This document shows, piece by piece, positions 63,961 through 64,000 of a stretch of 64,000 nt of DNA (position 1 is the stretch's first letter; each line of letters starts with the position of its first letter). The stretch is from positions 33,833,339 through 33,897,338 of the forward strand of contig JARFYF010000017.1 in NCBI GenBank assembly GCA_030265395.1, given 5' to 3'. The position numbers and the translations under genes were made by a program. The notes beneath the pieces are model-generated. The model saw only the letters and a list, made by a program, of their open reading frames with translations, was not told the DNA's origin and searched no databases. Origin of the DNA: Rhina ancylostomus (lineage: Eukaryota).

Positions 63961-64000
63961 GCTATGATACAGAATGATTTGACACAAATCACCCAGCATC

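Noticed and set aside
1-64000. Prokaryotic systems (CRISPR arrays, operons, rRNA)
   Set aside because: The sequence is a spliced vertebrate gene locus, with no regularly spaced repeat-spacer array or dense ORF packing.

Overview
AT-rich vertebrate genomic DNA with several N gaps. It is most likely from a cartilaginous fish (shark/ray), judging by the repeat complement. The window holds coding exons 2-7 of FTO (Fe(II)/2-oxoglutarate RNA demethylase) on the + strand: 22492-22569, 24760-25402, 26867-27016, 34612-34691, 42163-42306 and 52922-53041. All splice sites are GT-AG, and the exons join into 1215 nt (405 codons) in frame with the catalytic residues intact. I could not find exons 1, 8 or 9, so the rest of the window is inferred to be FTO intron. 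The introns contain decayed CR1, L2, Rex1/Babar and RTE LINEs, tRNA-derived V-type and Deu-type SINEs, and apparently repeat-free blocks with Pbx-Hox/Meis motifs and a CTCF-like site, which may be IRX3/IRX5 regulatory elements. The most unusual signal is a family of about 8 short elements, several of them fold-backs, with minimal hammerhead-ribozyme-like cores. The best copy (17297-17580) has a 36-bp perfect stem, three hammerhead motifs and a target-site duplication. A Penelope-like RT fossil lies at about 29290-29510. Repeat families were called from memory of consensus sequences, not by search, and repeat boundaries are approximate.
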